From positions 35,960,001 to 36,024,000 of the forward strand of contig CM022670.1 in NCBI GenBank assembly GCA_012295275.1: DNA of 64,000 nt, given 5' to 3'. Origin of the DNA: Chrysomallon squamiferum (lineage: Eukaryota > Animalia > Mollusca). Below, piece after piece: positions 1-13,856 of this stretch. Under the pieces are notes generated by a model that was given only the letters and a program-made list of their open reading frames with translations, had not been told where the DNA came from and did no database searches. The stretch's first letter is position 1. Each line of letters starts with the position of its first letter. Position numbers and translations under genes: made by a program.

Positions 1-189
1 GAAGTGACACTTTTATAACTGAAAATCAAAAAAACCACCGACGACGTTTTAAAGTGTAGCTTTCGTAATACTAAGTAATAAACAATCATATTTTGCAAAC
101 TTCCAAGTTCGTTTTTTTTTTTTTTTATTTTATTGTGGGTCCCGTACGAATATAATCGATAACGAAACGAAACGTAATAAAACAAAAAG

Positions 190-290
190 AGTCATGACGT
201 CACTGCGAACAGGACAGGCCGATTTACACCAATTTTCACAAGACAACAAAAACCTACCAATCCACCACGTACGCGATGACGTCATAACCC
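190..290. promoter_or_regulatory. Promoter-like cluster: two palindromic CRE sites and a CCAAT box
   Basis: TGACGTCA at 195-202 and 277-284, CCAAT at 257-261, in a locally CpG-richer patch. Target gene unknown. Confidence 0.3.
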
Positions 291-444
291 AAGGGGTAAA
301 ATGGCGGTATTCATATTTTTTTTGTGGAAGTCTTATTTTGCTATCATACTTTGTTAGAGCGATGGTAAGTGGCCCAAAGCTATAAAACAGTGCCGCGAAA
401 GTATATAGTATATTATTCCTACTATAAAACAACCATATAAGCCA

Positions 445-475
<31 letters not shown>

Positions 476-1100
476 TATAGTAATAATAATAATAATAATT
501 CAAGTGTTTTTTACTCCATCACTGTGTGTGTGTTGTTTGAGATGTTTGTTTGTTGGGTGTGTAATGTATTGTGTGATGTGTTTGTGTAGCTAATGTTGTT
601 TGAGATGTTTAATTTTGTTGGGACTGCAAATAGAAAACAATTAATCAGTGAATTTTATTTTTGAATATAAACAAACTTAGTTTTTAGCAATTTTAAATAA
701 GATGGCTGTGTTCCGTATATATGTACTTATGCATGCATCTGTGTGCCTATATATGTATGCGAATGTACATAAGTGTGTGTGTGTGTGTGTGTGTGTGTGG
801 TATGAAAAAGGGATATTTAATACTTAATATTTCATTTTTATTGTTCATTTAAATATTGTAAAATGGATTGGATGTCTTTTTTTTTTTCTTCTCTTGTTTT
901 TATTTTTTGTGTGAGTATATGTATGCGTTTGGGGAGGAAATGCCAACATAAATCAGACTTTAAAAACACCTTTCTTTAGTTAGCACCATTATCGTATTTT
1001 AAATAGTTTTATCTTGTCGTAATATATCTTCTTATGCAGCTGATATTTTTCAGTTTATAGGCGGTAGGCTTAATCTGTGTGAATGTATGGGTGGGTATAC

Positions 1101-1138
<38 letters not shown>

Positions 1139-1310
1139 GTCTATATGTCAATCAGTGATGGATATAAATAAACTGAAAGAGGAAAAGTAAAAAGAAAATT
1201 TAAATAACACTTTTACTTTCGATGTTATTAGTTTTTTTTTGTGTTTGTTTATTTACTGAAGGTTTCAAGTACTGTCTTTTCAAAACGTAATACTGAAAAC
1301 AAATACTTTT

Positions 1311-1342
<32 letters not shown>

Positions 1343-1994
1343 TGTATGGATATTTTTATGTATATTTCTGAATATAACAAAATTGTTATTACAGATATAT
1401 GACGTTCCTAATCTTATGTAATGTACAATTAAGACTAATAATAATAACAATAACAACAACAAAAGCAATGAAAATAATTTAAAATACAGCTAACTACTGC
1501 TCCTGCTATTACAACAACAACAACAACACCAAAGATAATAATAATATTAATAATAATTATAATAATCATGACGACAACAACCACAACAACAACAATAACA
1601 AAAATAATAACACGCAAATAAGTTTATTTTCTTATTATTTTTATTTTTTTCATTTATTTATTTTTTTATTTTTTTTAAAAGAAAGTTACGGCAAATGTAA
1701 TCTAATCTACACAAAATCTCCAACATTTTTATTTTTTTTTTTTTTATTTTATTTTTTTTATAGTTATCGGTCCTCATAAATCTGGCAAATATCTTTTGTT
1801 AATTTTGTTTAAAATCTACTGTGTAAGGCAACTATGCGAGTGTTTGACTAGTCCACACGTCTATCGCAGTTTAATGCAGTTTATCTGACAAGACCAGGAT
1901 TTGGGGCCGTTGTATATAATCAGACTCGGCTCGTTATTAGACTCCAGTCGTTACGGAGGCCGTTGACATGGGTCTGAAACTAGAGTCGTGAAAA

Positions 1995-2944
1995 ATGAAA
2001 GGTTTGGAAAGACCAGCGATGGAGAAAGAAAGCAGATTAAAAGAAGGAAGGTAAATGAAGTTAAATTTTTAAACATTGATTGATAAGTATATTTGAAAAG
2101 ACGTTAAGTGACGCTGTTTGAGCGTTTTCTTAAAAAAAAAAAAAAGGGGGTAAAAAAGAAACAGTTGTTTTGTTATGTTGGAGTGTGTTTGTTGTTGTTG
2201 TTATTTTAAAATAAAGCACCGGGTAATTCTAGAGAATTTGAAAATGAGAAGACAATTAATTTTAAATTAAAAAGTATAATAATAATAATAATAATACAAT
2301 AGCTAGATTTTTGTATGCAGTAATAAATATTAGACATTTTCTGTAAGTATTTAAAAAAACAAATCGATGACTTTGTTAAAATTATGTTAAATAATTATAT
2401 ATAAGTACGTACATAATTATGTATGTGTGTATATCTGTACCTATGTATTTATTTATGTACCTATCTAGCTATGTGCATATGTATCGATAGATAGATAGAC
2501 AGATAGATAGAGAGAGATAGATAGATAGATAGGTAGGTAGGTAGGTAGGTAGATAAGTAGATAGATATATAGATAGATGTGTATATTAGTCGATTTTTCA
2601 AGTATTCTGATCTTTATTTTCTAAAACGATAATAATTCACTTACGTTTTACCTCCGATTGGGCTACATTTCGGTAGCTGATTTCCATCGCAATTAATAAC
2701 CAAATGCATTTGGTAAAAAGAAATAATAATCTGCAATCCCTTTGAATCTTGAATAAATATTAATATTATTTGTTTCAGTAATTTTAGCTTTTCAAAGAAA
2801 AGACTCAGAGCAAGACAAAAATAAATTTTTAATCTGCAGTATCTTTAAATCATGAATGTATCTTATTTGTTTCAATAAGTTTAGCTTCTTGAGGATACGT
2901 CTTGAAGCTAGAAATAGTTCTTTAAATTTGTGCATGTAAACGTG

Positions 2945-3001
<57 letters not shown>

Positions 3002-3657
3002 CTAGGTATGTATGTATGTATGTGTGTATGTATGGTTTCGATTTACAGCATTAGTTTCTCCAGATTCCCCCTCTTTTTCCATCGACTAGATCCACATATT
3101 TGCTCGTGATATTAAACGCCATATGGTTCTAGGATATATATATGTTGTAGTCTGTTTGCACCGAATTGATTTATACTTCCAAGTTATCGTTTTATCGTTT
3201 TATGCGATCTGTCATCGCTTATAAAATAATACTGTTACAAAACATTTGAAAGCCGCCATTGTATCCCAAGACGAATGGATTTGTGACGTCACCTCGTACA
3301 TGACGCAATAACAGTTATATTTTTCTAACCAAACTAGAAGAAGATTAAGAGCAAATATTCTGCCCTGTTATTTATTTTATTTGTTTATTTATAATATATC
3401 AACAATAATAATTAAAAATTAATTATCTCTTACAGAACATAATATTTAGACTATTTTTCTTTTCGGACCGTCATAGGTACTCTTTAATAACACTTAAACC
3501 AATCTGATGTAATTATTTCACCATCATCATCATCATCACATTTTAATATATTTTAACTGTTATCAACATCACGATCGTTATTAGTTCTAACATATTCAGT
3601 ATCATTCATTATTATAACCATTGCCATCTACATTCTTCTTCTTTCTTCTTCTTCTTC

Positions 3658-3694
<37 letters not shown>

Positions 3695-3929
3695 TACTAC
3701 TACTACTACTACTACTTCTGTTCTTCTTCTTCTTCTTCTTCATGGTGTTGCTGATGACGATGTTGTTTTTGTTACTTCTAGTCTAAAGCTGCTGACGAGA
3801 CAGGTGTCACGTGTTTACCGTCAACGAACCAAATCCAGTTCTTCTTTCATCGTATCCGCCTCCGATGTTTCTGACGATTTAAATCGACAAGTAACGACAT
3901 CGGCGACAGCGTCAACATCAAACAAGACT
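1995..3929 (+). CDS. Candidate upstream coding exons of the + strand CNBD2-like gene
   Basis: Exon 1995-2050 (ATG, MKGLERPAMEKESRLKEG, AG|gtaaat, phase 2). Exon 3782-3929 (ctag| ... ACT|gtaagt, phase 2 to 0, SLKLLTRQVSRVYRQRTKSSSSFIV...SNKT). The phases fit each other and the phase-0 acceptor at 14537. No recognisable domain. Confidence 0.45.
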
Positions 3930-6329
3930 GTAAGTATCTGAAAACAGCTACAGTTTGCATTTGCATTAATACCGGAGTTGGGTACAGGTTTTGAAAAAAG
4001 AATGGCTACCATATTAGAAAGTTTCAGAGCAGCGTAACTAAGACTGCCAACGGTGTTAAGAATTGCTTTTTTGTAACTGTGTGCGGTGTTCAAAAGTTCT
4101 ATTTCAGATTAAATAATTTAATGTATTAGTCTGACTTATTTCTGAATTTATTACTGTTGGGTCAGGTGCCTAGAACTTAAGAAGACATAAAACGGTATGA
4201 GTGCTTTTTTTGTGGAAAATAACCTGAAATCAGTTCATTTATTGTAATATTCTCATTGAGTTGTTCATATAAAGTATACCTGCAAAACCCATCTCAAAAT
4301 GCAAGTCGCAGTATGTATGTGTACATGTATGTGTATGTATCTATGTATGTATGGATGTATGTGTGTATGTATGTATGCATATATGTATTACATCCAGTTG
4401 GGATATATATATCTAATAGAAGGTTTCTCTACTTTGGATGTTGTTTGCGATTTAGGTAATTTCAAAGACAAATACAAACAGAATTTAAAAACTAAATTCT
4501 TCTCACCTTCTTGAATACTATGGAATGTACATACTGTAGTAAATTCAATAACCAGCCCAAGATAATAACATAAAATGTAGGGAAATGCATGAATTTGATG
4601 AGCTTGTTTTTTTTATAAGAAGCATCTGTGCTGTGCAAAATGTGATAGATTTTGGTGAGTAGTATCTTGTTGTAGTTTGTTTTCAAGACATTTAACACAT
4701 CTTCACAAATTGAAAAAAAAAAAAAAATTAAATTAAATAAAACAAATCATTAAATTTTGTCTTTTGATTTATGTATTAAATTAAGTATTTTATTTTATTT
4801 TATTTTATTTTATTTTATTTTATTTTATTTTATTTTATTTTATTTTATTTTATTTTTATTATTTTGTTGTTGTTGCCATTTGTTTATTCATATATATATA
4901 TATATATTTTTTTTTTTTATTGTTCTTCCATTTAACAAATATTATTATTTAATGCTATTTCTGTATTTTTTGTAACCTTGTCATTTCTTTCACATGTGAA
5001 AAGGACTCATTTACGTTCGTTGTTATTTAAATGTAATTCAGTTTCACACTGAAAGGAAACAGAACACAAAATATAATAGTTTGAAAAAATATTGTAGAAG
5101 TGCTTGTACTTTAGATAAAACCAAATATTTCATACTGAATTACGTTACGATGCTGTATAAAAAAAATACACAAAAGCATTTTAATGAAGTTTCTTTTAAA
5201 GAATTAAATGGAAGAATTTTCTATTAACAACTTATATTTTTATTTTTAATGTGTTGTGACATTTTTCAAACTTACGACTAGCGAGTCGCATAGTGAGGTT
5301 CGTTTAAATACATTTCGTAATCATTAATTAGACAGAAATGTCAATGAGTTTGAGTGTTCGAGTGTCCGTGGATCCGTTCGTCCGTCGAGACGAAATGATT
5401 TCTACGTTTCACATTAACTTCAACGTTGCCACCATTTTTACTGGCACAAACAGACCACAAAACGTAGCATCATAAAAGAAAGTAACATTGCATTGATATT
5501 TCTCCTCGCAAAACAGAATCGAGACGCCTACCGAAGACAGCATTAGCGTTGGACTACTAACTTGTCGATCTTGTACCGTACACATAATTACAAACTACAA
5601 TGACTTTGTTGATGAAAATGGGTAAAATGAAATACTGTAAACTGCCACGATACAATTTAAACTAATTCCAAAACAAGAACACGATCCTCTGTCTCAAGGC
5701 TTAAATTCGAAGTAAAAAAAATAATAAAAAAATAATAATATAAGACTCCGAGGGTAGGGGTGAGTAAGATCTGTTATTTTATGCCCGTTCTATTCTGGGC
5801 GTATACGCTAACTCCACCTGAGGGGATTTGTACAAGATCTCGTCGTTAAGAATTTATTACCAACCACGACAGTTTGTTTCCATGGAGCAGAAAACCTCAG
5901 TAATTACGTGAAGAAATAGACCACTCCAGTGATAAGTGGTTTTCGCTGTCACATCTCGAGTGCACTGTAAACTATTACAGTATTCTCCATATCATCACAC
6001 ACTTGGGGTTTTTGTTAGTTGTACTGCACGTCATTTAGTCATTTGGAAACGTTCGTTGTAAAACAGTCTGAAATCGCATAGATTTACATGACGCGAAGAC
6101 TGGATCATATTTGAACTGTTCTTATAGCAGATAAATAAATAGATACAAACAGAAAAGCAAACAGAAAAGACACAGCCATGTAAATGGTTTACGAATATTT
6201 ATGTAGATAGGTAAAGTGTACACGTAGTTTCGTAGATGTACATGTGATCCGTAACAGTTACGTAGAGAAACACGTAAACAGTGCAGTTAGTTACGAGAAT
6301 GGACAAGCTATCAGTGTACGTAATCTACA

Positions 6330-7235
6330 GACTTACGACTTACAGTTACGGACTGTACAGATAGTTATGTTGACATTCTAAGAAACAGTACACGTAGTTT
6401 TGTAAATGTAGTTTCGTAATTTTGTAGATATTTATGTAGATACACAAGTAAACTATACAAATTGTTATATAGATAGATAGATAAACTGTATAGATAGTAA
6501 TATAGACAAGTAACCTGTACAGATGTTTATGTTGACAGTTCATAGATAGACAAGTAACCTGTACAGATAGTTATATAGATAGAAAAGTAAACTATACAAC
6601 TACTTATATAGATAGACAAGTACACTATACAAATAGTTATATAGATAGACAGGTAAACTGTATAGATAGTTATATAGATAGACAAGTAAACTGTACAGAG
6701 TTATATAGATAGACAAGTAACCTGTATAGATAGTAATATAGATATATAAGTAAACTGTACAGATAGTTATATAGATGGACAAGTAACCTGTACAAATAGT
6801 TATATAGATAGATAGATAAACTGTACAGAGTTATATAGACAAGTAAACTGTACAGAATTATATAGATAATCAAGTAAACTGTACAGATTGTTATATAGAT
6901 AGACAAGTTAACTATATACAGTTATATAGATAGACAAATGAACTGTTACATATAGTTATATAGATAGACAAGTAAACTGTACAGATAGTTTTACAGATAG
7001 ACAAGTAAACCATACAGACAGTTATATAGATAGACAAGTAAACTGTACAGAGTTACATAGACAGACAAGTAAACCATACAGACAGTTATATAGATAGACA
7101 AGCAAACTTTACAGACAGTTATATAGATATACAAGTAAACTGTACAAATAGTTATGCAGATGAGAATATGTAGACGGTTTAAATAGTTATGTTGATGGAC
7201 ATGTAGACTGTGCAGACAGTCATATATAAGTATAT
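6330..7235. repeat. Minisatellite, ~30-33 bp unit (ATAGATAGACAAGTAAACTGTACAGATAGTTAT)
   Basis: More than 20 head-to-tail degenerate copies, best conserved 6430-7160, no unique spacers. Confidence 0.9.
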
Positions 7236-7509
7236 TCAATTAAAACAGAGTAAACAATGGAAGCGATAATAGATAGCTTTCAGAAACTGATATTGTTTCA
7301 CACACTTGCTACTTTACCGATATACTACCGAAAAAATGAATGACTAACAAAATCTAGTCACATTTTAATGTGTATACGTTTCTCTTGTATGACGATGATA
7401 TAATTAATTCGTTTGATAAACATACACACACTCGCACACAATTACACACGTAAATATATAAAGAAATAGATAAACCTTGAACACTCATAATCGTGATAAA
7501 CATACAAGA

Positions 7510-8320
7510 AAAACACGTCTATATATGTATGTGTCTATGTGTGTTATATGCATACATACATACGTACACACACACATACACACATACATACATACATACA
7601 TACACACATGTATATATGTATGCATATATGTATGTATGTATGTATGCATGTATATATGTATGAATATATGTATTATGTATATATGTATGTTTATGTATGT
7701 ATATATGCAAGTATTATGTATGTTTATGTATGTATATATTACATTATAAGCGTGATATTGTATATTTGCCAAAGTTTTGCTATTAATATTACAGTGATAA
7801 TTATATGTAACTCGGAACCTGACACCCCACAAAAGGTAAATTTTTTCAGACTCACAGTACAACGCGATCCCATAAAACAGTGATCTGATATCATTTTCAA
7901 AATTTAAACTTGGCTATTTAATGCTAATAGATATAATAAAAATAAATAAAAACATCAAATAGTGTAATGACTTTAATAACATTTATTTTTCGTTCATTCG
8001 ATGTTTTGTTTTTTTTGTTGTTTTTTGTTTGTTTGATTGTTTGTTTATTTGTGTTTATTTTGTTTGTTATCTTCTTGTTTTATTGTTTAAATACTTGGTT
8101 TGTGTATGTGTGTATGTATGTATGTACTTACGTTTGTATGTATCTACTTATGTAAGCACGTATATATGCATGTATATATGCAATATATGTATGTATGATA
8201 CTGATACCTGGAAGTACGAATCCACGTATTTAAATAATGTGTGTGCGTTTGTCTGTATATATGTATGTGTGTGTGTGTATGTATATGTGTATATACGTAT
8301 ATGTATATATATAATCGCAT
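7510..8320. repeat. (TACA/TATG)n and (TA/TG)n compound microsatellites
   Basis: Direct reading; accounts for the spurious MYVC/HTYI ORFs in the track. Confidence 0.85.
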
Positions 8321-11253
8321 TAAAGTAATACTGCACATTAAGCTGTCAGTTAAAACATTTTTTTTTTCTTCTTCTATGGAATTACGCAATTAATTATTTC
8401 TAAGTTTTTGTTTAGGAGACTCGAAGCTGAACTGGAAAACTCAACAGAAAATACATCAAAGCGACAAGCTCAATATAACTGATATACATAACTGTACACA
8501 TTAAATTTATATAGTACTTAAAATCCACATAGATAGCAGAAAATGGCAGTGAATAATTGCTTGTTTGTAACTAGTAATATTTTAACGTCAGTTAAAGTTG
8601 ATAATTATAAGAATTAAAAAAAGATTTATGGTACTGGTATTAACCTCTGTTTATGAACAAAATAAGATAACAGCAACAAAAAAAATATTATAAAAGTAAA
8701 AAATGAAATGAAAAAAAAGAAAGAAAGAAAGAAAGAAATAACAATAAAATATAAATAATACATTTTTTTTAAGAAGTAGCAAAAGTAGTTGGATATATGT
8801 GTTTGTAAAGTAAATGATAATTTAAATTCTTGCAGAGGTAGTCGTCAGAATGTTTTATTTTTACTACAATATTATTATAGTCCGAGGATTCCTTCTTATC
8901 TTTTTCTTACATGGGTGCAGGGGAGTGGGTTCTTTTGTTTGTTGTTGTTGTTTGTTTTTTTTTTTTTTTTTTTTTTTTAATATCACCAAGTCCAGGCAGT
9001 TTAGTGATATTTATTACTATCGATTTTCAAGAGAAAAAAATTTGGTAATTCTACAATTTAGATCTAAAACTTACCAGCACAAAATTTTAATGAACCTCTC
9101 ACTTGCACCTGTTGTTTAAGATCTCGTTCAGTATCGCGAGAATATCGCGTTGCCAGGCGGTATTTCTGAACAAGCCCGAGTACATTCAGTGTATTTATGC
9201 TCGCATAATGAACAAAACTATAAAGTGTCATTTTAAAAAAAACTTTTAAAATTAGTAGTTTAACAAATGCATGAGAAATGTAGAAAATATCCCCCGCATT
9301 GAGGGCCAATATAATAGATTACAGGAAACTTTATCAGTTTCATAATTTACATATAAATAAATCGCTGGAAATTAATAAATGTGTTTCACCTAAAATGTAC
9401 CTTTTTCTATCACAGCATTCGCACGTCCAATTAATTTTTGTGCTTTATTCACACATTTGGATGAATATTAAAATACAAAAAGGTGCCTTTAATTTATTTT
9501 TATATATTATTTTATTTATATTAATATTTATTTTCATTATTAATTTTATCTTTTTTTTTTTTTTTTTTTCTTTTTTTTTTCTTCTTTATTTTATTATTAT
9601 TATTTTTTTAATAATAAATTATATTCAGTTTCTTTGTGAAACATGTAAAATTGATTTTATGTATAATAATGTCTTCTCGTATAATTTTATAGCCATACTT
9701 TATTTCAACAGTCAGGCATAAATCTGATCATGATGATGATAAAATTAAAAGTGTTTATAAATATATGCGCGTGTGTGTGTGTGTGTGTGTGTTTGAAAAG
9801 TAGAAACTGATCTTAAAAACAGTCTAGACCTATAAAGATATATATTATTATGATTTATGTATTTGTATTTGTATGTATGTATGCATGTGTCAAATAATGC
9901 TATGCTAATATTAGGAACGGGTCGGTATAATAAATGTCAGGAAAGGATCGAATTACAATATAATGCAATTTGAAATTATTTTATGTAATATAAAGAATGG
10001 ATCCCTAAGCTTGTTTTACAGCCGTTATAAATACACTCGTTACAACAAATTAAACAATAAAATTTAAACTAAACTAACAATCAAAAGAGGAGTAAATACA
10101 CCGGTACATTTACAAGCTTTTTTATTTTATTTTATTTTATTTTATTTTATTTATTTATTTATTTTTTTAATGTGTGTATTTAGTGCCTAACATTGGCGTA
10201 TTAAAACTCTAAATCAAATTTCCCAGTTGTTGTTCAGTTTAGTATGTAACTAGTTGTTTTTTTGTATATCAATTACTGTCGGTATTGTTGTTGTGTTTCC
10301 GTTCTGTGCACTTAGTTAACTCTAAGATTATTCCGCGGTTACAAATAAATGCTGGTTATTCAGAAATATTGTGTAAGTGCGATGTCTTTACCCATCAACG
10401 AATGCATTTACACTTTAACTCAGTCAGCAACGACTGAATATTAAATACTCAAAAATGACAGGACATCATATCTAGAAATATGTCTTTCTGGCCGAATTTC
10501 CGGAATGCGCAATTCACCCATTGAAAGTGACCAGTTGGCGCATCGTCTGCTTCTCAGGCCGCTAATGGTCTGTGTACGTGTAACAAAAATTTAACATGGG
10601 ACATTTACATGATGTGATTATAATCACAACTCGCGAATTTGCTGTTTGTACATTTAGCTTGCGTTACAGTTTTTTTATTTTTTATTCGATGTTTTGTTTT
10701 TACCCGCTTTATGAATTTGTTCAGAGAAAGAAAACAAATAATTCCAACCCCGCCCCCCTCGTTATTTTATTACCGTAGTTATTTATTTAAATGCAAACAG
10801 TTGTTATAATGTATTACAAAAAAAAAAAAAATTAAAAAAAATTAATGACTGGTTAATTATAACTGTCGACATTTAATTAAAATTGTCAGATATCTGCTTG
10901 TTCGGTGAAATTTAAATCTTGTAATTTTCAGAGTCTGGCCTGAATTTTTATTTTTATTTTTATTTATTTATTTAGTATTATTGTTATTTTTATTATCATT
11001 GTTATTATTCTTCTTATGATTATTATTATTATTATTATTATGTTGGGTTTTTTGGGGGTTGGTTATTATAGCGTGAATGATATATACATTTAATTAATTT
11101 CATTTTTTTTTTTTTTTTTTGAAATTAACTGCTAAATTACATCAACATCCATTGAATGATTATTTTTACATTTAATTAATTTCACTGAAAGTTTGTGTTA
11201 TTATTAAAAATGAAACGGATTATTTTTGCTGTTGTTGGATTTTGTTGTTGTTG

Positions 11254-11284
<31 letters not shown>

Positions 11285-12108
11285 TGTTGTTGTTGTTATT
11301 GTTGTTGTTTGTGTTGTGTTGTTGTTGTTGTAATGATGCCTGATTAAAATATTTTAAAGATTTTTAGGTTTTATTATTATTATAACTTTTTAATTATTAC
11401 TATTACTAATGCTATTGTTATCGTTGTTGTTGTTGTTGTAGTAGTTGTTGTCATTATTATTGTTGTTATCATTACTGTTGTTGTTATTTTTATTATTATC
11501 GTTATTGTCGTTGTTGTTGTTGTTGTTTTTGTTGTACTTTTAAAATGAGCGGTATATACTTGTTAAACAAAAAAAAAATTGGGGAGTTTTATTTGACACG
11601 AAAGATTCAGTTTTCCATTTAATGTTTTCTGTCTCAGTGTTGATAATTTTATGTTCACATGAACAAATAAAACTACCATTGAAATATAACGTTACCCTAC
11701 TAATTTTCAGTTTTTCTTTTTCTATTCGGTTGCTTTATATATATTAAAACTCAGCTCACTTTCTTGTGATAATAGAGAAGAAACTGGTTATGACACAAGT
11801 CCTTGGGTTACTCTGTCTGATTAGCAAGAAGGGATATTTTGTATGTACCTTCCTATAGACAGAGAATCACAAAGAATTAAAAAAGATTAAAAAATATATA
11901 TCATGTTGTCACGTCGTTTAGTAGGAGTAATCAAACCATGTTGCCAGTCACACCAAAGGCTAGAAGTTTACCACGGTGCTACTTATTTGAAGGAATAAGC
12001 TGGAACGGGAAAAGCTGACAGAAATCAAGATATATAATATATATTAATATTTATTAATTATTATTAATAAAAATGATTTTGTGATTTAAATAATAGAAAT
12101 ACAATTAG

Positions 12109-12181
<73 letters not shown>

Positions 12182-13179
12182 TATTATTTAATTATTATTT
12201 ATTATATCATCATCATCAGTGATTATTATTGTTATCATTTAATTAAAAATTGGCTGGTTTGGTGTATTAGCAAAAACTTAAAAATAGAAAGAACTCAAAT
12301 ATAATAACAGTCATACTTAATATTATATTATCACACCATTTTTCTTACCCCCAACCCTTGAAATGTATTCTTTATTTCAACCTAGATCACACAGTTACAA
12401 TATTGTTGTTGATCATTCCTGTATTAGCGTTTTAAATGTAAATAACCTTTCACTATTGAACTTTACTTTTCGTAAGTGTCTGTAAATGGCACCCAGATAT
12501 AAAAGCAGGCGAACACGACTGAATACAAACGAAATTCTTTATATTCGAATCTTTTGCAAAATACTCCAGCCAAAGATCGCCAGCAAAATGACTTTATATG
12601 ATTCTTTGTGACAAACGAGTCTCCGCTGGTAGACGTGTTTCGCCTATGTACGATCGCTGAAAAGAATAAACTGTATCGCGGGACACTGTTTGCTTGTTGT
12701 CAAAAGAAACTGTTAACTGGGCTCTTAGCTTTATTATAAACTGCAACTGTGTCCTTTTTATTTCTCTATACATATATATTTTTTATTATTATTATTATTG
12801 TTATTATCGTTATTGATACTGTACCGTCACATTGTGAATCAAAAAAACAAACAGAACAGTTTTGTTGGATGAAGGTAGAGCAGAGATCGGTCAGAATTTC
12901 TTTTTCCCATAAAAGTGTTCGATTCATACGTGAGTTTATGTAAGGAATCCTGAACTTGTAGTTTCATCAAACAGGTTAATGGACGTACGTTTTGTTTAGG
13001 AGGTCGTGCTGGATACATTAATATTGTAGCGTCTGAATCGTTTGGCTGTTGCGAAATTCTGTTCTGTGAAACACGAACTGTGAAATCGTCAGCTTGTTCT
13101 GTGACTTTTCCATTCCGCCACGTGGCTTTGATTCGGCAGGGCAGGACTAGTGATAAGACCTGAATTTTTTTTTTTCTTC

Positions 13180-13610
13180 TAAATGATCCAAATACGATCT
13201 AAGGTTTTTCTAATTAATCTAAATAAGATCTGAGCTTTTTTTATAATTTATCTAAATAAGATCGGAGGTTTTTTATTACTAATCTAAATAAGATCGGATT
13301 TTTGATAATAATTAATCTAAAAAAGATCTGAGATTTTTATAATTAATTCTAATAAAATATATGAGGTTTTTATAATTAATCTAAATGAGATCTATTTTGG
13401 GTTTTTTTATATAATTAATCTAATTAAGATGTTGGAGTTTCTAATTAAACTAAATAAGATTTAAGGCTTTTATAATTAATCTAAATAAGATCTGAGGTTT
13501 TTATAATTAATTTAAATAAAATCTGAGGTTTCTTATAATAAAATAAGATGAAAGATTTTTAAAAATAATTAATCTAAATAAGATCTGAGGTTCTAATTAA
13601 TCTAATTAAT
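13180..13610. repeat. Minisatellite, ~31-33 bp unit (ATAATTAATCTAAATAAGATCTGAGGTTTTT)
   Basis: About 13 degenerate tandem copies just upstream of the large CNBD exon. Confidence 0.9.
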
Positions 13611-13778
13611 AAAAAAACAAAGTATTGATGACTGTTTGTACTATTACAAAAACGTTGACTGTTCTTGTTTGTAAACTGTATAAACATTTAACTAATAATG
13701 TAAATATTTGTTAATACTAAACCAAAATATCACCTCCCTCAAAAAAAAAAAATTTTTTTTTTTTTAAAAATCAGTGAA

Positions 13779-13834
<56 letters not shown>

Positions 13835-13856
13835 CAATAATAATAATAATAATAAA

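Noticed and set aside
1820-1990. RFX X-box ciliary promoter motif upstream of the CNBD genes (also about 41560)
   Set aside because: Only half-sites (GGCAAC or GTTGCC) are present; not enough to call.
6330-7235. Regular ~33-bp repeats as a CRISPR array (also 13180-13610 and 42950-43690)
   Set aside because: Units are contiguous with no unique spacers, there are no cas genes, and the context is eukaryotic introns.
11770-11990. Possible SINE-like dispersed repeat fragment (other TE-like scraps at about 17420, 27700 and 63570-63880)
   Set aside because: They look like repeat remnants, but no boundaries, TSDs or Pol III boxes can be supported from this window alone.
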